Shown here: one piece after another, positions 62,046-64,000 of the stretch
Layout of the letters: every line of letters begins with the position of its first letter
How positions within the stretch are numbered: position 1 is the first letter of the stretch
DNA from: Cirrosporium novae-zelandiae
Lineage: Eukaryota
Length of the DNA: 64,000 bases
Direction of reading: 5' to 3'
Assembly: GCA_026023565.1 (NCBI GenBank)
Contig: JAPETS010000035.1
Coordinates: 1-64,000, forward strand
Notes under the pieces: model-generated
What the model saw: the letters and a program-made list of their open reading frames with translations, nothing else
Database searches by the model: none
Told to the model about the DNA's origin: nothing
Position numbers and translations under genes: made by a program

Positions 62046-63209
62046 TTATCCTTTCTCTCTTAACTTGGCTAGGGCTGCCTCAATGCCCTGGCTCATACTC
62101 TCCTCCTCCCTTGCTGGCTTCTTGGGCTTTTCACCCGGTATAGTTGGTTGTGATCTCGAGGAACTTGCCTCAATCTCTGCGGCAGCCATGGCCGCAAGTT
62201 CATCTTCTTCGGGGCCCCATGGGGATTCTTCTGCAGCCCGCTTAGGGGATCTCCTCCCCACCTCTGACTGCACTGACGTTGCGGGTGTCCCGCTCCCACT
62301 CTTGCCCTTGATATTCTCTCTTGCTGGTACAGAGGAAATTGGAATAATATTTAACCGCCTTCTTTTTGTTCCTTCTTTAGCGGTCTCGAGGTTCGTTTCC
62401 TCGCCTGATTTGCCTGCTCTTCTGACTCTAAACGGTTCTCTTACCGTATTGCACCATCTTACCACCTTGACCTCACCCCACCCCTCCAGCAAGCCAATCT
62501 CTTCTTTGCCTGCATTAACGGCCGCCTTGATACTTCCGAATGCACCAACCAAGCCTACCGCATCTGTTTTATTCACACCCCTTGGGCCCGTAACAAATTC
62601 TATCAGTCGTTCCGCATAGGTACCACCATCGTGCTTACGGATGCTGCCTGGCCCTGCATTCTCAAAGCTTTTGTAAAGCTCTAGATATCTTCCTGCTTCC
62701 GTAGCACTCCAGCATAGTATTAGGGTTAGATCATTGACCAGCCCAGTCTTGGCCAATTCTCTCAGCGGGTCCTCATGGTTCTCGATGTCGACGAGGACCA
62801 ATAATATTCGGAGGTTATATGTATGTCCTAACACTCGTATTCTTGAATATATGTATTCTGGGTGCAAGCGGTGATATTTCAGGGAAAGAAACAAAGCGCA
62901 CGTCGTTGCACCAAGTACGTAGTCGGCGGGGATCGACGCCCATTCCCAGGGAATATTATGGATGTGCGAGAGAATTGGGTTACCCTTCTGGCGCGTTGAA
63001 ACGAGTATGGAGGAGCCTAGAGGGCGTTGGGGAAGCTTCTGAGGTGTGGGTTGCTGGATTTTGGGACCGGCGGAGGAGCTGGAGGGGGCAGCAGAAGGAC
63101 GGGATAGAATCTTAGCTGGAGGGATTGATTTTGGAGTAGTAGAGGCTTTTTCGGCGACTGTGAAGGCAGCAGCAAGAGATGCATCGTCACCATAGTCGTC
63201 ATCCATCAT
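62046..63209 (-). CDS. RAD10: ERCC1/Rad10/Swi10 excision-repair endonuclease subunit, intronless
   Basis: ILVSTRQKGNP, ADYVLG..LFLSLKYHRLHPEYI, EAGRYLELYK, HhH-like VNKTDA..FGSI..GWGEVKV. Confidence 0.95.
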   Translation of the reverse strand: MMDDDYGDDASLAAAFTVAEKASTTPKSIPPAKILSRPSAAPSSSSAGPKIQQPTPQKLPQRPLGSSILVSTRQKGNPILSHIHNIPWEWASIPADYVLGATTCALFLSLKYHRLHPEYIYSRIRVLGHTYNLRILLVLVDIENHEDPLRELAKTGLVNDLTLILCWSATEAGRYLELYKSFENAGPGSIRKHDGGTYAERLIEFVTGPRGVNKTDAVGLVGAFGSIKAAVNAGKEEIGLLEGWGEVKVVRWCNTVREPFRVRRAGKSGEETNLETAKEGTKRRRLNIIPISSVPARENIKGKSGSGTPATSVQSEVGRRSPKRAAEESPWGPEEDELAAMAAAEIEASSSRSQPTIPGEKPKKPAREEESMSQGIEAALAKLREKG

Positions 63210-63705
63210 TTAAGGTGTTTGTTGACTCGGTGGATAGCTATTCGTTAGTATATAGTCTAGTAGAAGTCGCTTACATATGAAGTGTGAAGCTATGTAAGCG
63301 GAAGTGAAATCATTGTTGGGTGCATTGTCTTCCACGACGAAAAACTACATCTCCTTCAACCCTGATGTGTATTACTTTTGAATGCACCTAGTCTATACTT
63401 ATATTATTTGCTGCTATGAGCACTTATATACAACCCAAAAATGTACTCGGTATATGACAACGGTTCCAATTAAGATCCAACCTGAACAATGCTTCTACCA
63501 GCACCCTACGACGGACAGATGCCTTTAAGCCATCATTTCATTTGTACTATACGTTTCTTGAGCTAATTTTTTTTACTGTTCACTTGCTATCATTGATATT
63601 CCTTGAGGTGTCTTTTTAGAGGTAGATAGGCTAAAAAAGCCACTGCCACATTGTTGTAAATATCAATGTAACGGACATCTTGACCTCGAGCCCTCCTATA
63701 ACGCC

Positions 63706-64000
63706 CTAATTCCACGTGCGCCGTCTATTTCCCAAAATTATCATGAATTTGGGTTTGGGTTCCACATAGTTAGACACCACGCTGCCATTGGCACGCCTTG
63801 CTCCATTGAAGGGAACAATAACGCGAGACATTCTTCCGACAACCCACCAAGCTCCATCGGTAGCTCGGCATACTTCAAACCACCTAAACAATTTCCCAGT
63901 TGGTCCAGCGGATAGTTTTGTATCATCAGGCCCCAGGTAAATGTACTCGCCTTGCCTTGGCCTTGATGGGGATGCATAGTAAGTGATTTTTGTGCCAGGC
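63706..64000 (-). CDS. 3' end of an unidentified protein-coding gene running off the window
   Basis: Frame open from the window edge: PGTKITYYASPSRPRQGEYIYLGPDD..FRWFEVCRATDGAWWVVG..RRRTWN*. Family not recognised. Confidence 0.5.
   Translation of the reverse strand, partial: PGTKITYYASPSRPRQGEYIYLGPDDTKLSAGPTGKLFRWFEVCRATDGAWWVVGRMSRVIVPFNGARRANGSVVSNYVEPKPKFMIILGNRRRTWN

Noticed and set aside
62720..62729. TTAGGGTTAG telomere-like motif
   Set aside because: Fewer than two units and inside the ERCC1 coding sequence.

Overview
Gene-dense 64 kb of a filamentous ascomycete (Pezizomycotina-like) chromosome; the species cannot be determined from the window. Introns are short GT/GC-AG type with CTRAY branch points. 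About 22 spliced protein-coding loci are readable. Most are core housekeeping genes: ethanolamine kinase, RPL1/uL1, DIS3/RRP44, Nit1-type amidase, PUT2, Pol lambda/POL4, CHD1, RLI1/ABCE1, PRP40, RFC3, SF3B2/CUS1, gluconokinase and ERCC1/RAD10. Accessory loci are a GPI-anchored Cu-only SOD, a membrane-anchored lectin-like propeller protein, a Trp-rich GPI protein, a class II ketose-bisphosphate aldolase, a PRiA4b-ORF3-like protein with 25 hexapeptide repeats, a zinc-cluster transcription factor, and a NACHT-ankyrin NLR with a premature stop and a frameshift. I recognised no tRNA, rRNA, CRISPR array or intact transposon. The most interesting unexplained signals are: (1) a GC-rich, minus-strand-specific rod-like RNA fold ending in an oligo-T run at ~32.95-33.15 kb; (2) a protein-like +1-frame ORF overlapping the RLI1 stop codon; (3) four abutting hairpins inside intron 1 of the transcription factor; (4) the disrupted NLR with a 30-bp perfect palindrome upstream; (5) the hexapeptide-repeat PRiA4b-like gene. 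All exon boundaries and folds were derived by eye, and no database searches were run.
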